Virus record (IMG/VR): IMGVR_UViG_3300032212_000013
Coordinates: 1 to 51,379 of that record
Source of the DNA: a virus
Lineage: Duplodnaviria > Caudoviricetes
Strand: one strand, 5' to 3'
DNA length: 51,379 nt
Each line of letters begins with the position of its first letter. The stretch's first letter is position 1. The notes beneath the pieces are model-generated. The model ran no database searches, had not been told where the DNA came from, and saw only the letters and a program-made list of their open reading frames with translations. Position numbers and translations under genes: made by a program. Positions 1 through 8,362 of this stretch are shown piece by piece.

Positions 1-138
1 CAGGTCACGTCATACAGAAAGTCTTGTTCTATATTAATAGAGCCAAGAACATTACCATACAAGAGCGCAAACAGAAGGTTAGCGAGGTTGTGTGGGAGGA
101 CATGAATATCAAGGGCAGGTTCTTAGTTAGTAAGACCG
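1..138. repeat. Terminal direct repeat, left copy (circular assembly overlap)
   Basis: Identical to 51242-51379 except position 12 (a versus c at 51253). Confidence 0.97.
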
Positions 139-1502
139 AGAACGTAGCTTATTTCTACCACGGTAAGAAGTTCATTAAGATTACACCGAAGAGCAGAGAG
201 CTACAAGTATACCTTGAGATACACTATGAGATAAACGCTTCCACTTCTTACTATAACTATGTTTCTTCTTACTTGTTTTCTATGGCCTCTACTAACGGGG
301 TCGGTGCCCTCTTTGCAACCAGGGCTTACTTCGACGAAGAGTCTAACGTGCTTTACGTTAACAACTTCGACGGTGCAGCTTGGAGACTAGACGGTGACCA
401 CATAACGCTAGTAGATAATGGGTTCTGCGAGAACATATTCTTTATTAACGACACCACATGCTGCGAGAAGGTAGTCCCTGACTTTACTAAGTGTGACAAC
501 GCCATGAAGGACTATGTCTTTAGCAAGCCTAACTTTGCTGGCACCATACAAGAGAAGGAGACAGCAGCTTTCTTTGCTAAGATGTGGTTGTTCTCTTTGT
601 TCTTTCCTGAGCTTATGGCTACTCGCCCTATCCTGGTCCTCGAAGGCACTCATGGCAGCGGTAAGACCACACTTTTTAAGTGTATCGAGTGGGTCATAAC
701 TGGTAGCAATGAGTGTGTGAAGGACATGCCCTTGGACGCTAGCGCCTTTCGGGAGATAGTCAGAGGGAAGAACCATGTTGTGTTTGATAATGTTGACCAG
801 TCCTTTAAGGGTCTGGTTAACTTGTTAGCTGTCATAGCTACAGGCACCAAGGAAGTTAAGCGCATTCTTTACACAGACAATGAGAAGGCTGAGTACTGGC
901 TTAAGTGTTCCGTAGGTATAACTACCATGAACGCTAAGTTCTTTAGAGAAGACGTAGCAGACAGGGCTATACCACTCAAGGTAGATCGCTTTGAGAAGTA
1001 TGTCTCAGAAAGCTCTATCAAGGGTGACGTGCTGGCACACAGATCCCTTATATGGGGTGACCTGTTTAATAACTTGAACATAATAGTCAAGAACTTTAAG
1101 ACCATGGACAAGATGAGCTTATACAAGCTAAGAATGGCTGACTTCGCTAAGCTTATACAGGCTTATTGTGGTGGGTCTTACAGTAAAGCTAACTACTATA
1201 TCAATCTCATGTTTGAAGATCAATCTAGTAGGCAGCTGTCTGATAATCCTATATGGGATTGCTTGCTACCTTTTGCTAAGGATCCTAAGAACCAAGACAA
1301 GGAGTGGTCAGTTGAACAGCTCCATAAAAGGTTCACTAAGTATTCTATGCGTAACGGCATAGAGTATAGCTTGTCTGCTAAAAGTGCTAGGAAGCTGGGC
1401 TTTGAGCTTAATAAGTTAGCACCAGCTATGAACAGTGTCCTTCTAATGGAGAGGAAGAAGAACTCAGGGAAGATAACATGGACCTTCAACCCCCACTATT
1501 AA
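1..1502 (+). CDS. Primase-helicase, C-terminal P-loop helicase part (continues from 50335 across the junction, ~802 aa total)
   Basis: Walker A GTHGSGKT and Walker B VVFDN; in frame with the ORF starting at 50335 through the 138 bp overlap. Confidence 0.85.
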   Translation, partial: GHVIQKVLFYINRAKNITIQERKQKVSEVVWEDMNIKGRFLVSKTENVAYFYHGKKFIKITPKSRELQVYLEIHYEINASTSYYNYVSSYLFSMASTNGVGALFATRAYFDEESNVLYVNNFDGAAWRLDGDHITLVDNGFCENIFFINDTTCCEKVVPDFTKCDNAMKDYVFSKPNFAGTIQEKETAAFFAKMWLFSLFFPELMATRPILVLEGTHGSGKTTLFKCIEWVITGSNECVKDMPLDASAFREIVRGKNHVVFDNVDQSFKGLVNLLAVIATGTKEVKRILYTDNEKAEYWLKCSVGITTMNAKFFREDVADRAIPLKVDRFEKYVSESSIKGDVLAHRSLIWGDLFNNLNIIVKNFKTMDKMSLYKLRMADFAKLIQAYCGGSYSKANYYINLMFEDQSSRQLSDNPIWDCLLPFAKDPKNQDKEWSVEQLHKRFTKYSMRNGIEYSLSAKSARKLGFELNKLAPAMNSVLLMERKKNSGKITWTFNPHY

Positions 1503-1666
1503 AAGCGGGTGTCGAAGAACCACTTATCCCTTTCCTCTTCTAAGTCCCTTTGGGCTTGCTCTTTGTAGCGTCTCTCTCTGCGCCCATCTTCAGCTGCCTC
1601 TCTCAAGCCTAAGTATAGGATGAAGAAGCAGACCACGATAAGGCCACAGCACACAGGTATCAGCAT
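1499..1666 (-). CDS. Small membrane protein, 55 aa (not in ORF track)
   Basis: Hand translation MLIPVCCGLIVVCFFILYLGLREAAEDGRR...; N-terminal hydrophobic helix; overlaps the stop of the upstream gene. Confidence 0.6.
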   Translation of the reverse strand: MLIPVCCGLIVVCFFILYLGLREAAEDGRRERRYKEQAQRDLEEERDKWFFDTRF

Positions 1667-2229
1667 AGGTCGGTCCTTTTCTCTGTGGTCATGTTACCAA
1701 AGCATAGAGGGCCGATACCTCTCTTTATACTCTCAGGGTGTGTCAACTCTAAACCACAACACCCGCAGGTTCCATCGTGGAATACAGAGTGTTCTGTGCT
1801 GCCGTCTAACACTTTGTTTAAGACATAAGCAGCGTTAATCAGTTGGTCAGGAGGGTTCTCGAAGTTGTGAACTTCGATACCTTTCTTCCCTCTCCTTAAC
1901 TGGTATAGGTAAGAGTATAGCTGTGTGTTCTTTCTATACCACACGTCCCACTTAGGTAGCTTTTCTACTACCTTCTTACCTTTCTTTAGTAGGTGCTGTT
2001 TAATCGAGAAGGTCAGGTGCCTCTTCTCTTCTCCCTCCAACCACTGCACTGTGGCTGTAGAGTTACCTGCTAACAGGTAATCAATGACCATGGGAGGGGG
2101 TATAGCCTCCCTTGGCTTGATAGAAAGCCCTAAGCGTTCCTTTACTACCTTTATCCTCGCTTTGAGGAAGGTATTATCAGGCTCACTTTTAAGCCTCCTC
2201 TCAAGCCCTTCTAATAGGCTTAAGCTCAT
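1660..2229 (-). CDS. DUF6011-domain protein
   Basis: C-terminal CGCCGLELTHPESIKRGIGPLC fits the DUF6011 pattern CxxCGxxLTxxxSxxxGxGPxC. Confidence 0.75.
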   Translation of the reverse strand: MSLSLLEGLERRLKSEPDNTFLKARIKVVKERLGLSIKPREAIPPPMVIDYLLAGNSTATVQWLEGEEKRHLTFSIKQHLLKKGKKVVEKLPKWDVWYRKNTQLYSYLYQLRRGKKGIEVHNFENPPDQLINAAYVLNKVLDGSTEHSVFHDGTCGCCGLELTHPESIKRGIGPLCFGNMTTEKRTDLC

Positions 2230-2233
2230 TCTA

Positions 2234-2515
2234 TTATCCTTTCTTGTCTACCTTAGACACTATTGTTTTCTCTACTTTAACAGCGTAGTCGTGGGCTTCC
2301 TCTAGTTTTTTCTTACTATTCTTGTAATCTTCGTTAAGTCTTTCATAGTCAGACTCTAGAGTATTTATCTTACTTTTAAGCACCTCCAACTCATTCATCT
2401 GCCTGTCTTGCTTCTCATGTCTGAAGCCTATAGCGTTTTGCCATGAGGTAAGCTCTGCTAGTAGCTGCCTACCGTTCATAACTTCTAACTTCTCTAAGTA
2501 TTCTTTATCTATCAT
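2234..2515 (-). CDS. Coiled-coil hypothetical protein
   Basis: 93 aa ORF, GAAAGGAG RBS, heptad-like composition. Confidence 0.7.
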   Translation of the reverse strand: MIDKEYLEKLEVMNGRQLLAELTSWQNAIGFRHEKQDRQMNELEVLKSKINTLESDYERLNEDYKNSKKKLEEAHDYAVKVEKTIVSKVDKKG

Positions 2516-2530
2516 TATAAAACTCCTTTC

Positions 2531-2585
2531 AGTTATTGGTTTATGGAAGGTATAAACTAGGTATACCTTACGTAAATCAATTGCT
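2531..2585. promoter_or_regulatory. Early-region RBS-proximal hairpin
   Basis: TTGGTTTATG/CGTAAATCAA outer stem, AAGGTATA/TATACCTT inner stem, adjacent to the RBS of 2234..2515. Confidence 0.7.
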
Positions 2586-2765
2586 GATCCCCGTTGCTTG
2601 TCTTACCATTTCCCTGGCTGTTGACACAGCATCTTCCTTGTCAGGTGTGTAATAGTTAGCCGCAGCATGGTATACCCCATTGACGTGCAGCCTAACTATA
2701 TACTCACCAGTATCTTTACACTTCTTTATAGTAGTTCTAACTTCCAACTTTACCCTCCATCTCAT
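2577..2765 (-). CDS. Hypothetical phage early protein
   Basis: 62 aa ORF in the co-oriented array; start uncertain. Confidence 0.6.
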   Translation of the reverse strand: MRWRVKLEVRTTIKKCKDTGEYIVRLHVNGVYHAAANYYTPDKEDAVSTAREMVRQATGISN

Positions 2766-2979
2766 CCGATATCTTACCGGCTCTTCTCTTTGCTGACTTC
2801 AATGTGTTAGCAGTCACAGTCCTCATGGACATGACTTGTATAGACCACACACCACTATCCCTAGTCATTACTACGTCAGTGACAGAGTCTTGGGTGTTCT
2901 TAGTCCCAGTGACTCTATCAACTATACGCTTGTCCTTAGTCATAGCTTTAACTATGTTGGTCCACTTTATTCTCTTCAT
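2737..2979 (-). CDS. Hypothetical protein
   Basis: 80 aa ORF with AGGAG RBS, abutting its neighbours. Confidence 0.6.
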   Translation of the reverse strand: MKRIKWTNIVKAMTKDKRIVDRVTGTKNTQDSVTDVVMTRDSGVWSIQVMSMRTVTANTLKSAKRRAGKISDEMEGKVGS

Positions 2980-3713
2980 TTAAGACTCCTGTTTCCACCA
3001 AGGCCTACTGAGTTACCTCTTCTTCTACCACTAGCTAACCCTGCTGAGTCTGCTCTACTGTTAGAAGGAGCGCTTCTAAGCTTGAGGTTTAGTTTGCCCC
3101 AAGTTTGTACTAGGTTTCTTTGGTTCTTATATAAAACAAGACCTTTAGTAACCTTCTCTAAAGAGAAGGAAGACAGAGCCTCGTTCACACTCTCACCGTT
3201 AGCTAGAGCTTGCTCAGCTATTTTGGTGGGGTCAGTGGCGTCTTTCTCTGCTTGTTTCTTGGCTTCTTTTAGCCTCTCCCCTATGCGAAGGGACATACCA
3301 ATCTTATAGCCATTCACAAACCTACGACCTTTACCTTTTGCCTCTCTTTTAGCCCAGTATTCTACTGAGTTTATTAAGACTTCGTAGAGGTCTTTTACTA
3401 AGTCAACGTTAGACTTGTGACCGTAAACAGTCACAGAATAACCAGGACTGTAGTAGTATTCACAATTATTAGCAGCTGCTATGCCACCCACAAGCCATAG
3501 CTTGTGCTTTGCCACACGGTTAGACCGAAGCATTCTAAGTTGGACGATAGGCTCGTCCTTCTTTTGCTCCGCTCTTAGCTGGGCTTGCTCTATCCCGTGC
3601 TTAGTAATTAAACTTTGGGCACGTTTAGCGGCACTCTCAGCCTCGTGAGGGTTAGAATTAGGGTGATTGGCTATTGCTAGAAGCCTTTTCACCCTATCGA
3701 GTATCTTTTGCAT
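2976..3713 (-). CDS. DUF2786-domain protein
   Basis: N-terminus KILDRVKRLLAIANHPNSNPHEAESAAKRAQSLITKHGI is the typical DUF2786 pattern. Confidence 0.8.
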   Translation of the reverse strand: MQKILDRVKRLLAIANHPNSNPHEAESAAKRAQSLITKHGIEQAQLRAEQKKDEPIVQLRMLRSNRVAKHKLWLVGGIAAANNCEYYYSPGYSVTVYGHKSNVDLVKDLYEVLINSVEYWAKREAKGKGRRFVNGYKIGMSLRIGERLKEAKKQAEKDATDPTKIAEQALANGESVNEALSSFSLEKVTKGLVLYKNQRNLVQTWGKLNLKLRSAPSNSRADSAGLASGRRRGNSVGLGGNRSLK

Positions 3714-3750
3714 GACACTCCCTTTCTATCAATGGGTTATAGGAACAGCC

Positions 3751-3990
3751 TCAAAAAGGGGCTGCTATCATAAGCCATTCAAAGTCTGTGTAAGCTCTCC
3801 TTGTGTCTCCCCTCTTTTCCTGTGCTTTGTCGTATGCCTTTGCTAATAGTGCAGAGTTAAACCCTCTGTACCTTATAGTAGGTCTGTAGTTTCCTTGGGC
3901 GTTTATCAATGCTTTGAATGAGTTGAACGGTGACATAGCTTTTACTATGTCGTCCAACTCTACTACCCCGTAAGGTTTCCTTACTTCCAT
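3751..3990 (-). CDS. Hypothetical protein
   Basis: 79 aa ORF with GAGGAG RBS. Confidence 0.65.
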   Translation of the reverse strand: MEVRKPYGVVELDDIVKAMSPFNSFKALINAQGNYRPTIRYRGFNSALLAKAYDKAQEKRGDTRRAYTDFEWLMIAAPF

Positions 3991-4200
3991 TTACCACTCC
4001 TCTACACTGGAATTCATTAGTATCCCTTTCTCAAGGGACACCACTTTATCGAACTCCATAACCCTCGTCAATACTTCGTCTTTGTTTATAAACTCCCATG
4101 CCTCCTTTAGAGAGGAAGCCACTACTAGCACTTCCTCTCTTGTAAAGAACGCACCACCTATAAACTTATATATTTTTAGCTTATCTTCGTTACTAGACAT
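3991..4200 (-). CDS. Hypothetical protein
   Basis: 69 aa ORF coupled to its neighbours. Confidence 0.6.
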   Translation of the reverse strand: MSSNEDKLKIYKFIGGAFFTREEVLVVASSLKEAWEFINKDEVLTRVMEFDKVVSLEKGILMNSSVEEW

Positions 4201-4370
4201 TTCCTTACCTTTCCGTAACGGATCTTTACCTCTGTGCCCTTAGGGAAGTCCCTAATTGAGCAATACTTACCGTGTGGTTGGAACATGAAGTCCTTACCAC
4301 CTTCAAAGTCCCTCAAGGCAGCCGCCTTGCTTTTGTAGTCCCGCCCATAAGCAGGTGTTAGTGTTACCAT
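4176..4370 (-). CDS. Small phage hypothetical protein (LTPAYGRDYKS motif)
   Basis: Strong AAGGAG RBS; the TLTPAYGRDYKS start resembles a recurrent small phage protein type (recollection). Confidence 0.7.
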   Translation of the reverse strand: MVTLTPAYGRDYKSKAAALRDFEGGKDFMFQPHGKYCSIRDFPKGTEVKIRYGKVRKCLVTKIS

Positions 4371-4388
4371 ATTAATTCTCCTTTAGCT

Positions 4389-4434
4389 AGTTGGTTTATG
4401 AGGGGCATCCTTTAATGCCCTACGTAAAACAACT
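4389..4434. promoter_or_regulatory. Early-region RBS-proximal hairpin
   Basis: AGTTGGTTTATG/CGTAAAACAACT outer stem, GGGCAT/ATGCCC inner stem, CCTTTA loop. Confidence 0.7.
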
Positions 4435-4443
4435 TACCGTTTC

Positions 4444-4713
4444 TTATATTAGAGGGAGGAAGAAACTATCTTCCCCGATTGTTTCTACTATCTCTTTGCA
4501 TAGCTCCACTGAGGCTTGGTTCCTCTGGTCATGCTTTGCCTTTGACTGTGCCTTGATCCATTCCACACATAGCCTTGTAAACCCTTGTTGAAGAGTCCTA
4601 TGGTCTCTTGACATGTGGTGTATGAAGGCCTTTTGTCCCTGGAATGTCCCACTGTTTATGAAGCGAGATACTCTATCGGCAAGGTCTTTGCCTTCCTTTT
4701 CAAAGGGTGACAT
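4444..4713 (-). CDS. Hypothetical protein
   Basis: 89 aa ORF with AAGGAGG RBS. Confidence 0.7.
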   Translation of the reverse strand: MSPFEKEGKDLADRVSRFINSGTFQGQKAFIHHMSRDHRTLQQGFTRLCVEWIKAQSKAKHDQRNQASVELCKEIVETIGEDSFFLPLI

Positions 4714-4726
4714 GCACCCCTCCTTT

Positions 4727-5482
4727 CTAGACCTCTAAGGTCTTAAACCGTTTCTTTGCTATTCCATGGGGAGGGATATAAATATCCCGTCTTGAGTCGG
4801 CTACCGTCCCACCGTCACACAGTTTACACTGTGCACAAGTGGATCTTTTGCCTGCTTCTTCACTGGCAGGGCATAACGTAGCCCCGTCGAATTCTCCCAC
4901 ACCGAATACTCGGAAGCCTTTAGAGTTAGCTTGCTCCCTTTCCTCTTGATTGTGGACACTAGCCATAAAGTTTTGCCTTATAACTTTCCTTGCGTCCACT
5001 CTCCACTGGTGTGTGTAGGCTGTGTGGCCTACTTTGTGCTTTTTTAGAAGCTTGAACAGCTTCTTTAAGACCCTAGTAGGGAGAGCAGCACCGTCTCCCC
5101 AGGAACCTACTCTAACAATGTTAGGGGGGTTCCTTTCTAACTCTTTAGCAGCTTCATAGAAGCCACCGTTCACATTGCTCTTGAAGTAAGAACGCGCTAA
5201 CGCGTTCACCCCTTGGGCATTGACATAACATAGCCGTGTTATGTCACCTCCTAAAGTATACGAGCCGCCCAAAGGGCACGAGCCACATACAGACATGTGA
5301 CTCCCCGGAGGGACGTCTTTATTGAACATTGATTTGCCAATATCCAATGGGATAATCCAAAGACCCCAGGCCTCTTTTTTACCCGTTTTTGTGTTTCCTG
5401 CCGTCCTAAGTATCGCAACAATGTCACGACCCTTAGATAGCATAGAAGGCCCCTTATACAGGACAAACTTCTTTACTGACAT
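4727..5482 (-). CDS. GP88-like cysteine-rich (radical-SAM-related Fe-S) protein
   Basis: VCGSCP...CY, VRVGSWGD, YTHQW, MASV and CPAS...TCAQCKLC motifs; start moved to the ATG at 5482 behind AAGGAG. Confidence 0.7.
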   Translation of the reverse strand: MSVKKFVLYKGPSMLSKGRDIVAILRTAGNTKTGKKEAWGLWIIPLDIGKSMFNKDVPPGSHMSVCGSCPLGGSYTLGGDITRLCYVNAQGVNALARSYFKSNVNGGFYEAAKELERNPPNIVRVGSWGDGAALPTRVLKKLFKLLKKHKVGHTAYTHQWRVDARKVIRQNFMASVHNQEEREQANSKGFRVFGVGEFDGATLCPASEEAGKRSTCAQCKLCDGGTVADSRRDIYIPPHGIAKKRFKTLEV

Positions 5483-5507
5483 AGTAACACTCCTTTCTTT
5501 ATTTAAC

Positions 5508-5555
5508 ATAGCCTTGCGGGGAATCGAACCTCTCGCTTTATACCATAAAGACTAC
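5508..5555 (-). ncRNA. tRNA-like mini element (T-arm plus GGUA loop), copy B
   Basis: GTAGTCTT/AAGGCTAT stem enclosing TGGTATAA and GG-TTCGATT-CC; not a full cloverleaf. Confidence 0.45.
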
Positions 5556-5742
5556 CCTTTAGTTAGGGCATGATGTCTTGTCCTGACTGTTAGGGTATGG
5601 ACCTTCAGTAGTTCCCATAATGGTGTACCAAAAGTCCCTCAACTTACTCCCGTTGTTAAGGTTGCTAAAACGATTAGCTTTACTATAGGCCTCTATCCTT
5701 TAACTATCTATTTCGTCAGTATCTCATTAAAATACTCCTTTC

Positions 5743-5791
5743 AATTAAGACAATGATAGGGTTTCAAGGAAACCCCATCGTTGTATCAATT
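5743..5791. promoter_or_regulatory. Early-region RBS-proximal hairpin
   Basis: ACAATGATAGGGTTTC/GAAACCCCATCGTTGT stem next to the RBS (CTCCTTTC on the plus strand). Confidence 0.7.
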
Positions 5792-5968
5792 CAAAGCCCT
5801 GGCTACCCACTCCAGGAATAGAGGGACTTGATCGTCCTTTAGTCTCTTTTGGGCACTAGCCCCTAAGGCACAAATTGTGCCAGGGGAGTAGTAAGACAAG
5901 TGGTTTTTAAGGGATACCCTATCCTCCGGGTAGCAATCCCATGCATCTACCATTTCATATATAGGCAT
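5786..5968 (-). CDS. Hypothetical protein
   Basis: 60 aa ORF with AAGGA RBS. Confidence 0.55.
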   Translation of the reverse strand: MPIYEMVDAWDCYPEDRVSLKNHLSYYSPGTICALGASAQKRLKDDQVPLFLEWVARALN

Positions 5969-5971
5969 TAT

Positions 5972-6388
5972 TTATCCTTTACTTAGGGCATGATTTGCCC
6001 AAAAGTATCGAGACTCTTCCGACTCTGGAGCATCGAAAGTTTCCTTTGGTGCTTGTGGCCCACCAAAGCAGGTATATAATAGACACTTATCCTCGCCATG
6101 AGGACCAGCAATGATAGTTATTTCATTGCTTTTCCTAGAAGGTCGGTCTATTAATCTAGACTTTCCTTCTCTTTTACCTCTTACCTCATAAATAACCTCG
6201 GATTCCTTTATGGGCTCGTCACCCATACAAGGACCATGTAGTCCACAGTCTAACAATCCAAGTTCCTTTGGGAATTCCATAGTTTCAATAAAGAAACCTT
6301 CCTTATCCCCGTAAGTTTTGAGTATCCACTGTATATGGCCTAAAGTTAAGCCATGATCTAAGTGAGACTCTTTAGAGATCTTTAACAT
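5972..6388 (-). CDS. Phage hypothetical protein
   Basis: 138 aa ORF with AAGGAGG RBS; SHLDHG and LYTCFGGPQAPKE segments look conserved. Confidence 0.75.
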   Translation of the reverse strand: MLKISKESHLDHGLTLGHIQWILKTYGDKEGFFIETMEFPKELGLLDCGLHGPCMGDEPIKESEVIYEVRGKREGKSRLIDRPSRKSNEITIIAGPHGEDKCLLYTCFGGPQAPKETFDAPESEESRYFWANHALSKG

Positions 6389-6405
6389 CTCTATCCTCCT
6401 TTGTC

Positions 6406-6455
6406 AATAGGTTAATCAGAGAGCTTCCTTTCGATAGCTCCCTTGTTAAACTATT
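6406..6455. promoter_or_regulatory. Early-region RBS-proximal hairpin
   Basis: AATAGGTTAA/TTAAACTATT outer stem, GAGCT/AGCTC inner stem, loop contains CCTTTC. Confidence 0.65.
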
Positions 6456-6470
6456 AAGCGGTGTGGTACA

Positions 6471-6641
6471 TCAATCCGTTTTGGGTGAACACTTGGAACA
6501 TGGGTCGTTCCTTTCTCTGTACAAAAACATGAGCGACATTTTAGCCACCCTTAGATCTTCCTGATAGGTTGGAAGGAGGCTATTCTTAACGATATGTTGG
6601 TCTATAACCTCTCTAATTAGCATGTATTCGTCAAAGGTCAT
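6471..6641 (-). CDS. Hypothetical protein, 56 aa (not in ORF track)
   Basis: MTFDEYMLIREVIDQH...; ATGA overlap with the upstream stop. Confidence 0.5.
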   Translation of the reverse strand: MTFDEYMLIREVIDQHIVKNSLLPTYQEDLRVAKMSLMFLYRERNDPCSKCSPKTD

Positions 6642-6847
6642 AGCTCGTCCTCAGGAGGGAATAGATTATTCCATTCCTTAGGTGTGATACCGCTTTTGAT
6701 GAACTCCCTTTCCCCTGGGGAGCATCTGGGAAAACAGTTCTGTAATAGCCTGCCTCCCCCCTCATAATCGTTTATTTCTTCCTGTGTTACAGGAAGATCC
6801 ATGCTCTGGAATACACCAGAGATCATAGACTTTCTATATACTTTCAT
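6638..6847 (-). CDS. Small phage hypothetical protein
   Basis: 69 aa ORF coupled on both sides; EREFIKSGITPKEW segment resembles a recurrent phage family (recollection). Confidence 0.7.
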   Translation of the reverse strand: MKVYRKSMISGVFQSMDLPVTQEEINDYEGGGRLLQNCFPRCSPGEREFIKSGITPKEWNNLFPPEDEL

Positions 6848-7092
6848 AATGGTCTTTCTTTGTAGTGCCTTGCGGCACTCTCTAAGTCCGAGAAATAGTG
6901 TCCCGCCCCTACTCCCGTATCACCGATACGGTAGGACCAAGTCACATACTCCCTTTTTGATTGTGAGAACCTTCTAAAGCCTAGGTCACAGATAACTATC
7001 CCGTAACCGTCCTTTTCTCTATATTCAAGAACCCTGGCATTGGAAGGAACAGGGGGTCTTTTATCAAACCACTCCTGTTCTTCTTTAGACAT
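6844..7092 (-). CDS. Hypothetical protein
   Basis: Start moved to MSKEEQ at 7092 behind AAGGAG; EYVTW...GHYF segment. Confidence 0.65.
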   Translation of the reverse strand: MSKEEQEWFDKRPPVPSNARVLEYREKDGYGIVICDLGFRRFSQSKREYVTWSYRIGDTGVGAGHYFSDLESAARHYKERPL

Positions 7093-7100
7093 AACCACAG

Positions 7101-7316
7101 CTACTCCTTCTTTGACTCCCAAGTATGCAATATGTTTAGATTGTTTGTGAAGCGCCATATAATGGTATTATGGTGCTCCGTGCCTGGTATCAGTCTATCA
7201 AGATATAGGACGTCACTTACTTCGCAGAAGTGTGTAACCCTTCCTATAGACTTACCTGTAGAGATATCTATAATCTCTTCACCTATCTTTGGTCTACTAC
7301 TTTCATATCGGTCCAT
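7101..7316 (-). CDS. Hypothetical protein
   Basis: 71 aa ORF with GAAAGGAG RBS. Confidence 0.65.
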   Translation of the reverse strand: MDRYESSRPKIGEEIIDISTGKSIGRVTHFCEVSDVLYLDRLIPGTEHHNTIIWRFTNNLNILHTWESKKE

Positions 7317-7333
7317 AAAGTCTCCTTTCGGTT

Positions 7334-7381
7334 AGTTGTCAATGAGACACACCCCTTTCAGGGTGTGCTACGTTGATAACT
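7334..7381. promoter_or_regulatory. Early-region RBS-proximal hairpin
   Basis: AGTTGTCAATG/CGTTGATAACT outer stem, CACACCC/GGGTGTG inner stem, CTTTCA loop. Confidence 0.75.
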
Positions 7382-7387
7382 TTCCTT

Positions 7388-7801
7388 TCAATGCCATCCC
7401 ATTTCCCCCGCCATGGTTTGCCGGTCGTAATAGGCTTGCTGTGCAGCCTCTCTTAGTTCTTTAGTTACCCTAGCATAGTTAGGGCAACCCTTCTTTGGTT
7501 GTGGCTCTTTGCCTAGTCCCTCGCAAGATACGCAAGTGATATCATACATACCACTAGAATAGTTCTCGCGAAATCCAGGGTTTCTATCAAAGTCATCATA
7601 GGATAGTCCCCTATCGTCAATGTTTGGGTTCACGTAGGAACCTTTCCCGTTACAGGTATCGCAAGTAACATACTTGCACTCTACCTCTAGGGTCTCTTCT
7701 TCTTCACCCTTGTAAGACACATACTCGGCTTTCATTGTGTCTTTATCAAAAGACTCATACCATTGTTCCGTATTGTGTCTGGGGTCATTCCACCATGTCA
7801 T
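7388..7801 (-). CDS. DnaJ-type CxxCxGxG zinc-finger protein
   Basis: CDTCNGKG and CVSCEGLG repeats. Confidence 0.75.
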   Translation of the reverse strand: MTWWNDPRHNTEQWYESFDKDTMKAEYVSYKGEEEETLEVECKYVTCDTCNGKGSYVNPNIDDRGLSYDDFDRNPGFRENYSSGMYDITCVSCEGLGKEPQPKKGCPNYARVTKELREAAQQAYYDRQTMAGEMGWH

Positions 7802-7815
7802 AGGTGGCTCCTTTC

Positions 7816-7873
7816 AGTAAGTGTTCAAGAATACACACCCTACCTTTAGAGTGTGCAGACTTCAATACTTGCT
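7816..7873. promoter_or_regulatory. Early-region RBS-proximal hairpin
   Basis: AGTAAGTGTTCAAG/CTTCAATACTTGCT outer stem, CACAC/GTGTG inner stem. Confidence 0.7.
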
Positions 7874-7875
7874 TT

Positions 7876-8073
7876 TTATGACTGTGCTATCTTTAACCAC
7901 TCCCTGTGGGACTTAGAGCCTTCCCTTGGCGTGATTGTTGTGTTGCTCTCGCTACACCATTGTTCGTTCTCCATGAACAGGTATTTTACCCTGCACACAG
8001 AATTATCCCACTCAAACTGGATAACCAGCTGTGAATTAGGAAGATCTACACAGACTTCTTTGAATAAATACAT
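7876..8073 (-). CDS. Hypothetical protein
   Basis: 65 aa ORF with AGGAG RBS. Confidence 0.6.
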   Translation of the reverse strand: MYLFKEVCVDLPNSQLVIQFEWDNSVCRVKYLFMENEQWCSESNTTITPREGSKSHREWLKIAQS

Positions 8074-8094
8074 GGTTTGTCACTCCTGTAAAGT

Positions 8095-8142
8095 TAGTTG
8101 TCATTAAGAGACACTTTCTTTAGTGTCCCTTAGTGAGAACTA
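8095..8142. promoter_or_regulatory. Early-region RBS-proximal hairpin
   Basis: TAGTTGTCATTAAG/CTTAGTGAGAACTA outer stem, GACACT/AGTGTC inner stem. Confidence 0.7.
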
Positions 8143-8340
8143 GTCTCTAAGGCAAGTCTCATATGTTGAGTCTATGCCTTTCTTTAGATCGTTTTCTTCC
8201 CTGAAGTGTTTACAGTGGTTAAAGTAGTGCTTTTTAAAACAGTGCCTAGCGAAAACAGCAGAGTGGTGCTCCCAATGAGAACCGTATGGTTCACAGCCTG
8301 TAAGAACATCTTGCCTATATGCGAGTTCTAATGGTCCCAT
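8140..8340 (-). CDS. Hypothetical protein
   Basis: 66 aa ORF with GAAAGG RBS. Confidence 0.55.
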   Translation of the reverse strand: MGPLELAYRQDVLTGCEPYGSHWEHHSAVFARHCFKKHYFNHCKHFREENDLKKGIDSTYETCLRD

Positions 8341-8362
8341 GTCACCGGGCCTTTCTTTGTTA

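Noticed and set aside
1-138. Biological terminal repeat of the virion DNA
   Set aside because: It interrupts an essential gene, so it is better explained as assembler overlap; real termini more plausibly lie near 10.3-10.6 kb.
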